Source of the DNA: Amoebidium appalachense
Lineage: Eukaryota; Protista; Ichthyosporea
Direction of reading: 5' to 3'
DNA length: 64,000 nucleotides
Assembly (NCBI GenBank): GCA_963693365.1
Contig: CAVNZM010000019.1
Location: 165,621-229,620 of the forward strand
This document shows, piece after piece, positions 62,746 through 64,000 of the stretch. The notes under the pieces were generated by a model, which saw nothing but the letters and a program-made list of their open reading frames with translations, did not search any database and was not told the DNA's origin. Every line of letters begins with the position of its first letter. Position 1 is the first letter of the stretch. The position numbers and the translations under genes were made by a program.

Positions 62746-63931
62746 TCAGTACATCTCATGCTCATACTGGTCAAACTCTTCCTGGTCAAGATCAATGAGG
62801 GGAATTTCTTCAGTTTGTTTATGTTTGGGTTCAGGTTTGCGGTCATACACGACCGACTCACGATCAGACGCAGATTCGTCATCTGTCATATCATCGAGTA
62901 CCTGATTTGCCCGTCGTTTGAGCCGCTTGGGGTTGAATGCTTCATCTGAGTCCCAATCACATTGATCATGGACGCGTTTGGCGGGTGAGGCAGGTGAAGA
63001 GACAGACTCATTACCACCTGTGTATGCCTTCAAGTTCTTCTCCCGTCGCAGAATCTTCCTTCGGATGCTTTTTATGGTGTTTTGGGCTGCACACACAGCA
63101 GCAATGGCCAGGCCCTCCGCCATTTCATCTTCAGCCGCCTTTGCCTCTTTGACACGCTCTCGAGCATTCTGGAGCTCCCCCCTCACACTAGTTAGCTGTG
63201 CATCGAGGTCCATCGTATGGTCATGCAACGAAGTCTCAGGTGTTTTGGTGTGCTTGGGCCTGGGCTTAGCGGCAGGGGTGGTCTTGGCAGGAGTGGTCTT
63301 GGTGGTAGGGGTGGTCTTGGCAGGAGTGGTCTTGGTGGTAGGGGTGGTCTTGGCAGGAGTGGTCTTGGTGGTAGGGGTGGTCTTGGCAGGAGTGGTCTTG
63401 GCGGCAGGGGTGGGGGCAGTCACAGGGGCGGTCTTTGCGACAGGGGTGGGGGCAGTCACAGGGGGTGGTCTTTGCGGCAGGGGTGGGGGCAGTCACAGGG
63501 GCGGTCTTTGCGACAGGGGTGGGGGCAGTCACAGTGGTGGTGTTGGCGGCAGGGGTGGGGTCAGCAGTCACAGTGGTGGTGTTGGCGGCAATGGTAGTCT
63601 TGCGAGGGCCACTGAAAATGTAGTTTTCATAGGCCACCTGGCCATCCCGACGGGGTGCTGCAGCCCGTTGCAGGCTGGCAAGCTCGGCCTGCAGGGTCTT
63701 GATCTGCTCTTCGGCTGCCCTCAGTCGTGCCTCTACATCAGAGGGCTGGGGTTGGGGGGGTCGGGGGGTACGCGCAGCATTCTCATTGGTCACTTGACTG
63801 CGGAGGCTGGTGAGGTCGGTGCGGAGGCTGGTGACGTCGGTGTGCAGGGCCGTTAAGCGAGACGAATGGTCCGTGTACAGAAAATCAAAGCGCTTCTGCA
63901 GCTGTTGAAGCTCCTCTTTCCAAGAATCCAT
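62746..63931 (-). CDS. coiled-coil plus Thr/Pro-rich (mucin-like) repeat protein, frameshift near 63465
   Basis: 33-bp repeats encoding KTTPTTKTTPA and TAPVTAPTPVAK; ORFs 63266..63931 and 62746..63459 join. Confidence 0.7.
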
Positions 63932-64000
63932 GTTTCGTGTGAGTGTTTGAAAAACAAGTTTGTTGTGTGTCGCCTTTTACTATTGAGTGTCAGTGTTGAA

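Noticed and set aside
1-64000. tRNA/rRNA genes, major capsid protein, PolB, RNA polymerase
   Set aside because: None recognised by eye; a tRNAscan or HMM search is needed to exclude divergent copies.

Overview
The window is about 64 kb of a large dsDNA virus of eukaryotes (Nucleocytoviricota-like). Sequence alone cannot show whether it is free or endogenised. Recognisable core genes: A32-type packaging ATPase, VLTF2-like factor, PCNA, YqaJ recombinase, a penton/minor-capsid-like protein, a P11-like minor capsid protein and an H2B-H2A histone doublet. I saw no major capsid protein, PolB or RNA polymerase here. Accessory genes include two 7TM receptor-like proteins next to a stand-alone RGS protein, an intact and a degenerate Fic protein, a C5 DNA methyltransferase, a PL14 lyase, an OB-less ligase, a giant protein with an IS630/Tc1 DDE core, and a fibre shaft followed by three lectin/DM9 head paralogues. 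The right third (about 45-63 kb) is a shuffled module zone. There, SF3 helicases and PD-(D/E)XK nucleases share one C-terminal winged-helix-like domain, two inverted iteron clusters have about 9-nt spacing but different hexamers, five related GC-rich hairpins separate the genes, and a 22-bp array contains TTAGGG. Promoters look like host Pol II promoters (GGTATAAAA, CCAAT, CRE, AATAAA). Many ORFs break at homopolymer runs, which may be long-read errors. All protein calls come from recognising motifs by eye; no searches were run.
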